DNA of 54,108 bases from the IMG/VR virus record IMGVR_UViG_3300043395_001550, positions 1 through 54,108 of that record; one strand, 5' to 3'. Under the pieces are notes generated by a model. The model did no database searches. It was not told the origin of the DNA and saw nothing but the letters and a program-made list of their open reading frames with translations. The position numbers and the translations under genes are program-made. Of the stretch, positions 25,875-37,000 are shown one piece after another (position 1 is the first letter of the stretch; each line of letters opens with the position of its first letter). This stretch comes from a virus. Lineage: Duplodnaviria > Caudoviricetes.

Positions 25875-28625
25875 CTAGTTATTAGGTATTATACTACCTC
25901 TGCTGTCTCTTGTCACTCTACCAACACAATCAACCACACTAATCAATTGAACGTCTTCTGGAATTCTATCATCACCTTCAGCAAGATCACCCACTCTAAT
26001 TACGTTGAATACGGGAACCATATCTGCATTAATGCCTTGATTAGAATTCACGCGAATAGTTGGCCACTCTGCAAATCCTATACCAGGACTAATTACATTT
26101 ACAGATTCAAGTCTACCAACACTATCAAATACTGGTTCTAATACTGCGCCTCGATCCGGTGTGATTGTAATTGTATCTCCCGGTTGATAATTTACACCAG
26201 GATTTGTTACTACAATTTCACCAATTTCCAAGACTACCGGATATGAACCGTTAGATGTTGGATACTCTGGTGGTACTACTGGACCGCCAGATGGTGGTAC
26301 TACTGGATCTGCTGCTGGTGGTGTTGTTGTAGATCCACCAACCTCCACCGGAACTGGTGATAGTGGTCCTTGTCCATTAATAACTTCAGTTATATTGCCA
26401 TCATTATCATATATTTCAATCACAGTTCCTGCTGGTGCAGCAATAGTGTCTCCAGGAAGAACTGAGATTGGTGTGAATGGTGGAACAACAGTATATCCAC
26501 TTATATCATTTCCAAGAATTGTGTCAGTTGGAGTTGCATAAACAGATCCATTTGCACCAACATATCCATTTGGTGCTGGGAGATAGGCAACCCCAGGATC
26601 AAGTACAATCACACCAGTAACGGTTAGATCTTCCTCACCAGGATCGGATGTAATGATGTTGTTTAGTGGAGTAATTGTACTTGATCCACTAAATGTTCCC
26701 TGACCAACTTCATTTCCATTTCCATCAACAGCAATACCATCTCCAGTAAATGTTCCATTATCAAAGTTTCCGGTTCCATTAAATGATTGAGTTCCTGTAC
26801 CCGTTCCTGATCCAGTAATTTGACCACCACCCGTATACAGTCCATCATCTGTGAGGAAAGTTCCAGATCCGGTAAAATTGCCTTCCTCATCAAATGTTAC
26901 AGTTCCCTGCATAGTTCCAGCACCCGCAGGCATTTCGCGGAACTGCTCACCACCTGATCCTGGTTGATCTGCAAATCCAGGCAAACCACCGACACCAGTT
27001 CCTGTTCCTGTTCCTGTTGGTGTTGTATTGGTTGGGGATACTGTGGAAGTTCCTGTAGCGGGAGCAACCTGAGCTGCTGTTACTGCGCCATTACCAAATC
27101 CACATTGATCCATCATAGTAACTGATGGCGGGGCAGAGTAACCACTACCACCACTCACCATATCCACAGCGAGTAGTGATCCATCTGGACCAATCACAGG
27201 ATTTCCTGCAGCACCTTTACCATTACCAGTAAAGTTTGCGCGTGGCGGCCCACATGGTTTGGCCTTGGTGTTACATCCACCACCGCCGCCTCCTCCCCCA
27301 CCGGAACCACCAGCACCGCCGGATCCGCCACCTTGGGCAAGAGAGTTTATCAAACTTCCAATATTTTTTGAAACCTCATCTGATTTTTCCTTAGGTCCAT
27401 ACCAGAAACTCCACTGATCATTCATCGTACAGTCAAGTTTCTCATCACAAGAGAGGAATCCTAGCAGACCCCAAAGTATGTTGAGAATGTCTAGGGGTCC
27501 ACCTTTAATATTAAATCCGGCTCCAGCAGCTGCTTGTATCGCCTTTATTACATTATTTACTTTATTGGCAATTGGTCCAATAATGTTACTAAAAACTCCC
27601 CCCGCCATCGCTTCAGCGGCACACATGGGGGCATCAATTAAGTCATCGACTGCCTTCTGAACAAGTCCCTTAACCAGTTCAATCAGAGCATCAATTAGTT
27701 TATTGAAAAGACATTGTAGACCATCTTGCTGTTCCTCTACAACTCTATTGAATCTGGATCTTTTATTTGGAATTACAAGATTGACAATCTCTTTGATTCC
27801 ATCATCAATAATATTATTTGTATATCCTCTAATCTTATCGATCAAAGTCTTGATTAGATTTGCAATAAATTGCGTTGCGGTATTTACTAACTGTGGAATT
27901 GCATTCTGAAGGTCTGATGCGGCACCAAGAAAACTACTTGCTTCGGATCTAATTTGATTAACAAGCTTAAGGAGATTTTTAAGTGCTCTCTGAACACCTT
28001 GCATCTCTCCAGCTGGACCATCGCACTCTCTTGTTTTTGGAACATAGTGTGAGTATGCTCCATCTTTAATTTGGTCAATATGTGCAACTCTACCAACAAG
28101 TGGATTTGGATTTTCCTCTAATGGTGGAGTTCCCTCTGAAGGTCCTTCAAGAAGAAGATTTTTTGTTGAAGATGTTTTTGTTTCTTTTAATCCAATATAA
28201 CCTGTTCTGGGAATATATCCTTCATTTGGATCTCCACCAAACAATCTTGTTTGTGATTGGTTTCCCAAGACTCCCATGATGATGGGTTCGGTTCCATCAA
28301 TACCATCCTTATAGAACCCGATGACATAGTTTCCTTGACGTAGATTTGCTGTCTGTGCAGATCCATCATGGCCACTACCAGCAGTTACTGGATAGAGAAC
28401 TTCTGCCATCGGGAGTTCATCATCGGTAGTATCCTGATACTTCTCTTTAGTATCTCTACCAAAAATTCTCACCTTATACCTATACCCCCATCCCTTCTCA
28501 TCATCCCTCTTATGGACTTTATGAGCATGGTTTTCATTCCAATTTTTCTCATCAACAACTTGTCCCATCCACCAATGGAACTCTGCTGTGCCACTAAATT
28601 CAGAATTGAACAGGTCTCTTGTCAT
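25875..28625 (-). CDS. gp5: baseplate hub/spike protein gp5-like
   Basis: N-terminal OB-fold signature WWMGQV...RYKVRIFG...LPMA...VIGFY-DG...PIIMG. Confidence 0.85.
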   Translation of the reverse strand: MTRDLFNSEFSGTAEFHWWMGQVVDEKNWNENHAHKVHKRDDEKGWGYRYKVRIFGRDTKEKYQDTTDDELPMAEVLYPVTAGSGHDGSAQTANLRQGNYVIGFYKDGIDGTEPIIMGVLGNQSQTRLFGGDPNEGYIPRTGYIGLKETKTSSTKNLLLEGPSEGTPPLEENPNPLVGRVAHIDQIKDGAYSHYVPKTRECDGPAGEMQGVQRALKNLLKLVNQIRSEASSFLGAASDLQNAIPQLVNTATQFIANLIKTLIDKIRGYTNNIIDDGIKEIVNLVIPNKRSRFNRVVEEQQDGLQCLFNKLIDALIELVKGLVQKAVDDLIDAPMCAAEAMAGGVFSNIIGPIANKVNNVIKAIQAAAGAGFNIKGGPLDILNILWGLLGFLSCDEKLDCTMNDQWSFWYGPKEKSDEVSKNIGSLINSLAQGGGSGGAGGSGGGGGGGGGCNTKAKPCGPPRANFTGNGKGAAGNPVIGPDGSLLAVDMVSGGSGYSAPPSVTMMDQCGFGNGAVTAAQVAPATGTSTVSPTNTTPTGTGTGTGVGGLPGFADQPGSGGEQFREMPAGAGTMQGTVTFDEEGNFTGSGTFLTDDGLYTGGGQITGSGTGTGTQSFNGTGNFDNGTFTGDGIAVDGNGNEVGQGTFSGSSTITPLNNIITSDPGEEDLTVTGVIVLDPGVAYLPAPNGYVGANGSVYATPTDTILGNDISGYTVVPPFTPISVLPGDTIAAPAGTVIEIYDNDGNITEVINGQGPLSPVPVEVGGSTTTPPAADPVVPPSGGPVVPPEYPTSNGSYPVVLEIGEIVVTNPGVNYQPGDTITITPDRGAVLEPVFDSVGRLESVNVISPGIGFAEWPTIRVNSNQGINADMVPVFNVIRVGDLAEGDDRIPEDVQLISVVDCVGRVTRDSRGSIIPNN

Positions 28626-28632
28626 TTATAAA

Positions 28633-28851
28633 TCAGTCTTCGTGAATTCTACATTCTAGAGCATCTGGATGAGTATCACAGTAAAGCTCCAACTGCGTTG
28701 GATCGTGATCATCATCTGGGTGATTTACTTGATATTGTTCTAACGCATCAAGTTCATCTTCGATGTGCCTACGGCGTTGGGCACTAATCATGGGATTGTC
28801 TAATTCATCCCTATCGTCATTAATATGTTGCTGCAAAGATTTGTTTACCAT
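28633..28851 (-). CDS. cp12: CP12 Calvin-cycle inhibitor
   Basis: C-terminal LELYCDTHPDALECRIHED (C-x8-C) CP12 signature. Confidence 0.9.
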   Translation of the reverse strand: MVNKSLQQHINDDRDELDNPMISAQRRRHIEDELDALEQYQVNHPDDDHDPTQLELYCDTHPDALECRIHED

Positions 28852-28867
28852 AAATTTGTCCTCATCC

Positions 28868-30208
28868 TTATTTTCGACCTAATGATTCTCTAACCAAATG
28901 TAGTGATGTATAGGAGCTGTTTTTTGATATTCTGTGTCCCACATCTACTATCATATATATACCACCTTTGTTTCTACTTACATCCTGAGTTTGTTTGTTT
29001 GAAACTTCAGGGAAGTCCATGTATATTGTATCACCAGCATGTAAACCAAAGTCTGCTGGTATAGTGATGGACATTTTGGTGTTGAACAGATTATTGTATC
29101 TTGCAGAAGATTGTCTTAGAATATCATTAATATCAAAGTTTACTCTATCCTTTGATTTTGGTAGTTGCTCATCCAATTTTCGTCCAGTTGGCAATACCCC
29201 AGTATCATCAAACTTGGTAAAAATCTTAGCAATCTCCTGCTGAACATCATCTCCAACATTTGGCCTATAGAGTCCGCCAATATTTTGCTCTTGGAATTGG
29301 TTGGCAGTATCAAATTCAGTTTCCCTGTAATCGTTGCTGAATGGTTCAAATCCTTTCAATTCTTGCTTCATGAGGTTGCCAATCATCAAAGCTCTTTCCA
29401 TCTCAATTCCACTATCGAAGTGGTAGTTCAATATCTTAGCATCATATCCAGGTGGAAGTTCTGTTGATGATGTACTGATCAATCTCCTCTTTGGACCCAA
29501 CGACATCAACTTGTCGATCGATCTAAATTGAAATCCACCAGATCCGGATCCGTCATCTGCCGTTTCATAGAAGAAATATCCAGCAAGATTTCCAAGTGCT
29601 CCAGGCATATCTGGGACAGTCCGTTTTGCCAACCACGGAATAATGTGAAACGGTTTTTGGCTATATCCTAAGAAATTGAAATCATTCAGTCCTGGGTCAA
29701 CAGTAACCTGCTTTGCTGTACCAAGAACACTCTTAAGAATTTCATTTACATTATCAGGAATCTTTCCTTCATAACGTTTAGTAACTCTTGTCTTTTGCAA
29801 TTGATTTTGAATTGATTCTGGAGAGTAGAAGTCAATCGTATACTTTGTCTTTCTTGCATGTTCTGCAATTGCCCGCATCTCCTTTACTGCTAAGGCATAG
29901 TCTCCTTGATACCTCAGTTTATTGCCATACCCATCTTCAATAGCCAACTCTGTCTTTTCGCCAGCAGTTAGATTGAGTGTATTTGTGTTGGCATGATCCT
30001 GTGTCATAGCAGCATTTCCCTCCGAAGAGGAATAACCAGTATCGATGATTGCTGCAGAGGCCCTTACTGTAGTATCCAATATACTTTCGTACACCATCAT
30101 TTCAGAAATACCACCTTTTACATCTGTGGTATTTCCGTTATAATTTGATGTGATCGTGAATTGGCTTACATTTGCCTCTCCAGCTTGTGCAGCGACGTTC
30201 TTTGGCAT
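28868..30208 (-). CDS. baseplate hub protein (gp27/gpD-like)
   Basis: VYESIL, YFFYET, FRSIDKL, LHAGD...GIYMI...H pattern; upstream of gp5. Confidence 0.7.
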   Translation of the reverse strand: MPKNVAAQAGEANVSQFTITSNYNGNTTDVKGGISEMMVYESILDTTVRASAAIIDTGYSSSEGNAAMTQDHANTNTLNLTAGEKTELAIEDGYGNKLRYQGDYALAVKEMRAIAEHARKTKYTIDFYSPESIQNQLQKTRVTKRYEGKIPDNVNEILKSVLGTAKQVTVDPGLNDFNFLGYSQKPFHIIPWLAKRTVPDMPGALGNLAGYFFYETADDGSGSGGFQFRSIDKLMSLGPKRRLISTSSTELPPGYDAKILNYHFDSGIEMERALMIGNLMKQELKGFEPFSNDYRETEFDTANQFQEQNIGGLYRPNVGDDVQQEIAKIFTKFDDTGVLPTGRKLDEQLPKSKDRVNFDINDILRQSSARYNNLFNTKMSITIPADFGLHAGDTIYMDFPEVSNKQTQDVSRNKGGIYMIVDVGHRISKNSSYTSLHLVRESLGRK

Positions 30209-30213
30209 CTTGA

Positions 30214-33200
30214 TTAATGTCTACTCAGACTGTTTCTATTTCCACTATGACTATTTACTCCACCAGCAGACTGTGGGCCAAAGTCAGTAGTTCCACCCTG
30301 ATTTAGAGGTACGGGAACAACTCTTTGAACTATTATAGGTTGAATCATTAGAGATTGTCCAGTCTTCTCATACGATGCGTGTGATTGTAATGGGGTAAAG
30401 TCCTTTCTTGGTGGTGTGCCAACAGGATTAATCTGTCCACCTTCCTCTTTACCAATCCAACCACGCGGATCATACCAAGCTCTCTGAGGTTTCTTTGCAC
30501 TTGAATCACCACCACCATATCCTTTTGCTGCAGGTCCTGCTTTTGGTGCAGCAGGTTTAGTGGTAGGTTTAGCAGCAGGTTTTGCTGATGGGGTTGATGG
30601 ACTACTTCCAGACCCTCTTTTTCCACCCATGCCACCACCAGCTGGATGTGCAGCAGGTTTTTGTGGGAAGAGAGTTTGTTGAATCTTGGTAAGTATATTG
30701 CCACCACTATCTCTCTTAGGAGCCCAATTGGTTCCATTCCATACTACAGGTTTTCCATTAAGTGTAGCTTCCTGTCCAACCTTTCTTTGAGATTGTCCGG
30801 CGGAAGCATTTCCAGGAGTTCCAGCAACCCAAGATTGACTCTTGGAATCCCAAACTTGAGTCTTGCCATCGGCCGTTGTGATTTGTCCTGTGATTGCCTG
30901 CTTGACGATTGCTTCGACTTCTCTGGATTTCTTGAAGTCACGCTCTCCAATTGCTCCACTACCAAACTGATACCACGGAACGTCAAATGCAACACCATCA
31001 CTAGCATCATTATATGTTGGATCACCACCAGCCTTTCCAAAGTGTCCACCTCTGGCACTATGACTACCAACTCCACCAAATCCTTCAAATTCAGTAACGT
31101 CATATCCTCTTGCTTTAAGTGCTTTATATGCAGCAATCGCAGTCTGTCTGTTTGAGAATGAGAAGTGATCGTGAGCATTTCCCTCAGTTCCGTGGCCACC
31201 ATAATCATATCCGGGTCTGTTTGGATCTCCATGTAGGTGTTGATAGATGGATCCTAATGGTTTTCCTTTTGGTGTAGTTCCGGTTGGTGGTGCTCCTGCC
31301 TTTCCTTCTGCCTTTGCAAATTTGATTGGATCCTGTCTTGCAGCTTCAATAATTCTTCTTTCTTCTGCTGTTGCCTTATCACTTGGACCAATCCATGCAC
31401 CAATTCCACGTTCCTTCATGTATTGAAGTGCAAGTAGATCCTGAACTTCCTTGGAGAACTTTGCATCTCTGGGTATACCAGCCCGGCGAACCACTCCCGG
31501 AAGAGTGTTTCCGATAAACTGATATCTACCTACTGCGTGTAGTCTTCCCTGCTTAATCCACTCAGCATCAGACATTCCAGGTTTTTCTGCCTGAAGTGCA
31601 AGAACTTCGCCCACGGTCAGGTCGGTGAGTTTTCTTCCACCATGCTGCTTCATCTTTGAGAAGTCTCCGGAATATCCCTTAACACCTCTACCGCCAGCAA
31701 TACCGATCTGGTTTACGGCACTATATCCACCAGAACCAGCAGATTCATACTTACTGAGAATGTCTAATGCTTTCTTTTGATTTGGTGTCATGGTGACGGA
31801 TATATTTCCACCAGATCCTACATCTCCTGGTGCTGGTGTTACACCGGGAACTCCGGGAACTTTAGGTGTTCCGGGTTTTGCTTTTGCTCCCCGTGTTCCC
31901 CTTCTTCCACCCATGCCACCACCAGCCGGCTCCCATCCTCCACCAGCTGCTCCAGGTGCTCCGGGAGTGCCAGCTGCTCCAGGTGCTCCAGTCTCTCCTT
32001 CACCCCAGGTTTCTGTTGCTTCTTCGGGCGATCCTCTTTTAGCAGGACCACGACGACGCTTACTTTCGCCCGAAATATTTCTGATGGCAGTTTGTGCCTC
32101 CAGACCAATCATTCGCTTGAATGAATTACTTAAAGTCTCTTCAAGTTTTCCATCATCTGCGAATGTTGATGTTTCACTTGGTTTTACAACACCACCTGCT
32201 GCGAAGGCAGAGATTGTCTTATAGAGAGACTCTGATGCTGCGCGATTTGCAGATGCTTTGATGATTGCTCCAATCGATGCACCCAACTGAGCATAAACCA
32301 GATCCGATGGTTTTTGTCCGAGAGCAATATCAATCGATGCTCCCATGATGCCACCAACAATCGGAATCCCCTTCAGAATTTCCGATGTTTCTGTAAGTGC
32401 CTTAAAGGGATTTCCTATACCGCCCTTTCCTTCTTCTTCTCCCTTTGCAAATCCAAGAATGCTCTTGGCCCATCCAATCAGACCAACAGGACGATTGCCT
32501 CCATCACCACCTACAGTATCTGTGTCGGGGAATAGTCTTTGAATTACACTCTTTCCACCAATATCTCTTCCTGCTTCAGTCTTCTGCTTTTGTTTTGATT
32601 CTGCAGGTACTTTTAGCCTCTTACTTCTTCGAGTAATGGGTTTTACGGGACGACTAACTCTACCACCCGATGCACGACCTTTTGGTTTGGTAGTCTTCGA
32701 TCTCTCAAAGACCATATCATAGAGAGTTGTACCAATCGCATCACCTATGAATCCACCAATCACAGAACCGATTAGAGCACCTGCACCACCAGCAAGTAGG
32801 TTTCCGATGATCGGTACAACAGAACCTGCAATAGTTCCAATTGTTCCACCCAAAAATCCACCAAGTGCTTGTCCAGCTGCTACACCTGCTGCTCCTGCTG
32901 CTGCTCTTCCAGGAGAATCTCCGAATACAAGGGTTCGAATTGCGAAGTCAATAATTGGCCCGATAAACGGAACAAACTTTGAACCAACTCTACTAGCACC
33001 TTTTGCAACTCCTTTTGCAGCTCCTTGTCCAGCAAATCCAGCAGCTGTGCGGAATCCTTGGGTGGCACCCGGAGCTGGAGGTCTTGGCATTCCCCGCACG
33101 GGATTGGCACCCGGTCTTGCCGATGGACCACCCGGCCTTGCCCCTACTCCAGGTCTTGTGCCGGGGGCTGGGGGTCTTGTGCTTGGAGATCCAGGTCTTG

Positions 33201-34008
33201 CTCCAGGGGCAGGTGGCCTTCTTCCAGGTGTACTTCCAGGTGCTGCGCCGCGCTTTCCTTTTCCCCCACCACCCAATCCAAAGTCTGGCATCATGCCCAT
33301 AGATGCCAGAGTCATTCCGACGATCAGAGCCGTATTTAAGAACGTACTCAGTCCGCTGGTGAACGCATCGAAGATCTTAACCCCCGTGTCACCACCTAAA
33401 AATTGTACAGTTCCTCGAATTGTATCATGTATTTTGAATCCAAGGTCTACAAAAAATACAAAACCCTCGAATAGAGCACCAAATATTGTCTCCAATACTT
33501 TCCATGCTCCACCAGCAACAAATCCAACAACCTTTAACAAACCAGGAATAATATCCTTAGTTCTATTCAAAATTGCGCCAAGAAATGTGTATAAAAAGAA
33601 TCTCCAAATGGAGTCAATTAGTCCACCACCAACAACTTTTCGTACAAGTTTTGGTCCATCAAATCCATTCTCAGACTTCTTTGCTTCTAACTCTGATTCC
33701 TTTTCTTTACGCTTCTTTGAAATAGCATCTATCTTTTCCTTTCTTTCCTTCTTTTGCGCAAATATCTTGCGTGACATTAAAAGGGTGGAGATATTATCAA
33801 CTAGTCCTTCAATTTTCTTTACTTCTCTATCGTGCTTCTTTTTAAAGAGAATCTCTTCATTATCTTCGTTGACTGTTTTTTCAGTCTTGAAATTTCTGTC
33901 TGCGACCTTAGTGTATTTTGGCACACTAAAGTTTACCTTACCAGTCTTTGCAACGATCCAAGACTTGTTTGATTGTGGTAATAATTTGCCTGCGTCTATT
34001 TTTGCCAT
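30214..34008 (-). CDS. tape-measure/hub-like protein with lysozyme-like domain and possible M15-like peptidase (1264 aa)
   Basis: Coiled-coil N-terminus, Gly/Ala hydrophobic stretch, KYES...AVGRYQF lysozyme motif, H...GH...AFDV. Confidence 0.7.
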   Translation of the reverse strand: MAKIDAGKLLPQSNKSWIVAKTGKVNFSVPKYTKVADRNFKTEKTVNEDNEEILFKKKHDREVKKIEGLVDNISTLLMSRKIFAQKKERKEKIDAISKKRKEKESELEAKKSENGFDGPKLVRKVVGGGLIDSIWRFFLYTFLGAILNRTKDIIPGLLKVVGFVAGGAWKVLETIFGALFEGFVFFVDLGFKIHDTIRGTVQFLGGDTGVKIFDAFTSGLSTFLNTALIVGMTLASMGMMPDFGLGGGGKGKRGAAPGSTPGRRPPAPGARPGSPSTRPPAPGTRPGVGARPGGPSARPGANPVRGMPRPPAPGATQGFRTAAGFAGQGAAKGVAKGASRVGSKFVPFIGPIIDFAIRTLVFGDSPGRAAAGAAGVAAGQALGGFLGGTIGTIAGSVVPIIGNLLAGGAGALIGSVIGGFIGDAIGTTLYDMVFERSKTTKPKGRASGGRVSRPVKPITRRSKRLKVPAESKQKQKTEAGRDIGGKSVIQRLFPDTDTVGGDGGNRPVGLIGWAKSILGFAKGEEEGKGGIGNPFKALTETSEILKGIPIVGGIMGASIDIALGQKPSDLVYAQLGASIGAIIKASANRAASESLYKTISAFAAGGVVKPSETSTFADDGKLEETLSNSFKRMIGLEAQTAIRNISGESKRRRGPAKRGSPEEATETWGEGETGAPGAAGTPGAPGAAGGGWEPAGGGMGGRRGTRGAKAKPGTPKVPGVPGVTPAPGDVGSGGNISVTMTPNQKKALDILSKYESAGSGGYSAVNQIGIAGGRGVKGYSGDFSKMKQHGGRKLTDLTVGEVLALQAEKPGMSDAEWIKQGRLHAVGRYQFIGNTLPGVVRRAGIPRDAKFSKEVQDLLALQYMKERGIGAWIGPSDKATAEERRIIEAARQDPIKFAKAEGKAGAPPTGTTPKGKPLGSIYQHLHGDPNRPGYDYGGHGTEGNAHDHFSFSNRQTAIAAYKALKARGYDVTEFEGFGGVGSHSARGGHFGKAGGDPTYNDASDGVAFDVPWYQFGSGAIGERDFKKSREVEAIVKQAITGQITTADGKTQVWDSKSQSWVAGTPGNASAGQSQRKVGQEATLNGKPVVWNGTNWAPKRDSGGNILTKIQQTLFPQKPAAHPAGGGMGGKRGSGSSPSTPSAKPAAKPTTKPAAPKAGPAAKGYGGGDSSAKKPQRAWYDPRGWIGKEEGGQINPVGTPPRKDFTPLQSHASYEKTGQSLMIQPIIVQRVVPVPLNQGGTTDFGPQSAGGVNSHSGNRNSLSRH

Positions 34009-34014
34009 TTCTTA

Positions 34015-37000
34015 TTACCCAACAATTCCGTACATTTCTGTAAGTCTCTTTCTTTCCGGAATTCCAGAAACAGCATGAGCATTAAATATAGGTGCCTGTG
34101 TATAAACACTATTATCTTCTGCAGGTGGCAATCCATCAGGCATAGACGTTTTGTTAATTGGTGGAAGTGTAATAGCTCCTCCCATCGATCCTGTAACTGG
34201 TGCGCCAGGTACATTTCTATTTACCTGACTACTTAACTGTGCAAGTTTTCCACGTTGACCATCTTTTGCTGGGGCAGAGTTTGGATCAAATTGTGCAACC
34301 AATTTATCAACATGACTAATGCCACCCATGTCAACAAACTTTTTGGGGAAGATGTAATGATTTTCTCCGGGTTGTAGAGCAACCAGTTGTCTGTCAGCAG
34401 TTCCTCCAGGTATATTGACTCCAGTATTCTCCGTGACCATCTTGCCACCGTGCTGCTTTCCAACCCATCCACGTGGATCATACCAAGCTCTCTTAGGTTC
34501 TGCTGATTTTGCCGCTGGTTTAGATGTTGGTTTTGCTGTGGAAACAATTCTTGGGGTTTGACCAAAATTGACGTTGGTTTTCTTAATCAAGTTAAGATTG
34601 GACTTGGTTGTTTCCAGTCCATGATGACCACCATTAATCGAATACACAAAGTCCTTAAGGTTTCCGGTCTTAGCCATCTGTCCTAGATTTGCATCAGGGA
34701 ATAACTTTTGACGGTTTTCCATGTATGCAAGAACAGAAAGTGCTTGGATTTTTGGATCCTTTTCGATCAATCCGGGATTCTTAACAACATCATATCCCTT
34801 ATATCCATTTCTTACCAACCACTTATTAAACATTTCATAGTTTGTTCTACCAGTCAGTTGAACTGGGCCACGTCCAATAAAATTATATCCATCAGCATCA
34901 CCTTTATTCCCTAAAACTGGATTGCTTCCATACCCTCTAATTTTATTGAAGTAATTCCAACCTGGCTTTCCTTTTGGATCATTTGGTGATGGAGTATATT
35001 GTTCTCTTGTCTTAGTAAAGTTTCCACTTTCTTGCATCATACGCGATGTCAACATCTGCATAAATTCTTTACTATTCCACCCCTTCTCCTTCCATCTTCC
35101 ACCCTGAAGAATGCTAAACAGCATCGGCAGAGATTGCTGATATACAGGAGCAATATTTTTAGCAGACGCTTTACCACCAACCACACCAAGTTGATGTGGC
35201 ATGATTGCTCCACCACCTGCCATTCCGGGAACTTTTGGTGCCGCAGCTGCAGGAGTTGGTGTTGGTGTTATTGCTGGTGCCGCAGGAGTTGATCTAAATC
35301 CTGCCATTAATGGATTTGGAGTTTTTGGTTTTGCTAGAGTATCCTTATACTTGAGATTCCAAATATCTTTTCCTATAGAATCTGCTTGCTTATAATTCTT
35401 TTGATCCCTATACTTACTCCACATGCCCATCGCAAGATCAATCTTTGCGTTGGCAGATAGGTTTGCTGGATTTGATGGTCCAACAGTTTTTGTTATTTTT
35501 GGTGCTTCCGATTGCTTACCAAATCCACTACGGACAAATTCTTTCCAGGATTCTGTCTTATCTTCTGGGAATTTCAGACCCTTAATCTTTCCAAGAAGTT
35601 GTTGAGTGTAATAACTCCAGAGATCTTTTGGTGCAATCGAACCACCCTGTTGCCAGTTATTTGACATGGATGATGGAAAACCAACCTTCCCAGAACCAAT
35701 TATACCGCCACTAGAATAACCTTGTGAGGATTGTCCCCAAGCAGGTCTAAGATCTCCAGTTAGATTTGATGGTTGTGCTCCAACAACAAACTTAGCAGGG
35801 TCTACTCCAGTCTCATTTGCTAATTTCTGCTGTTGTTCTTCATTAAGAACTAACTCTCCGCGTTGTAGTACAGCAGATCCACCACCTTCTATCGGAAGTA
35901 GTTGTGTATCTTTTCCACCTCCAGCAACAGTTACACCAGTATCTCTACCGACAAATCCACTAAAGATTGATCCACCTCCGGAATAACCTTTAGTTTGTCC
36001 GGTTTGTAGACGGTGAATTTGTTCATCAATCTCAGACTTTTTACCCCATGGATCAAAGAAACCTACTTTTTTCTTCTCTTCTTGCAGTTTCTTGATCTTT
36101 TCAGACTTTGATCCAGGTGCCGATTCTGTTTTTCTCTCTTGGGAATCTACTGTTCCTGGCATAAGTGCAGGAATCATAGCTCCAGCAGCAAAGACACCTG
36201 CAGCAACTGCAAACTTACCGCGGCCGGTTAATCTTCCGCCAGCAGAAAGCTTAAGGTTTCTTAATGCATTTAATAGCATAGGCATGATCTTTGCCATACC
36301 CTTAGCAAAGAATCCTACCAGTCTAATAGTATTGCGAACAAATCCCCCGAAGGGTGTCATGAATAACAGGAATGCTGCCAGTAATGCAGGCCAGAAAGTC
36401 TCAAGCAATCTACCAAGAACTTCAATCTTCTTAGCGTTTTTTGGATCAGTAAACCACTTAACGAATTTTGTAAATATTGCTCCCAAGAATGTGAACTTAA
36501 TAAAAGTCCAGACCTTATCTAACAACCCTTTAACGGGTGCCAGCATTTTTTCCTGTATTTTTTTAAGTTCTTTTGCTCTCTTCTTTTCTAATTTATCTTC
36601 GTCAGTCTGTCTTCTTCTGCTTACACCAGACCTTCTTTCCTTTTCGGTTCCAGTCTGTTCTGCTTTTAATTGACCTTTTAGTGCCTTGAGAATATTCTTC
36701 AGATTCTCTCTAATGTTTCTTAGAGAATCCAGAAGTGTATCTACTTTTCTTTCTTTCTTCTTTGGTTCTTCTTGAACTGGTTCAAGACCTTTGTATTGTG
36801 CGGCCGCACTCGGACCACGACCAACACCAAGACCGGGACCTATAAGTGTCTGTGCAGGTTTCTGTGTTTGTTCAGTATCAGTTGATTCGGATTTTCTACC
36901 TCTTGCAAATGATTCCACAGTAATTTTTTTCTTCTTAATGGTAAATCTACCAACCTTAGATTTAATTCTTCTATATTCGTTGGTGAGGATTTCCATTTCC

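Noticed and set aside
32747-34078. 443-aa plus-strand ORF
   Set aside because: Antisense shadow of a Gly/Ala/Pro-rich gene, with no RBS or domain motif. The same applies to 12845-13528 and 36092-36673.
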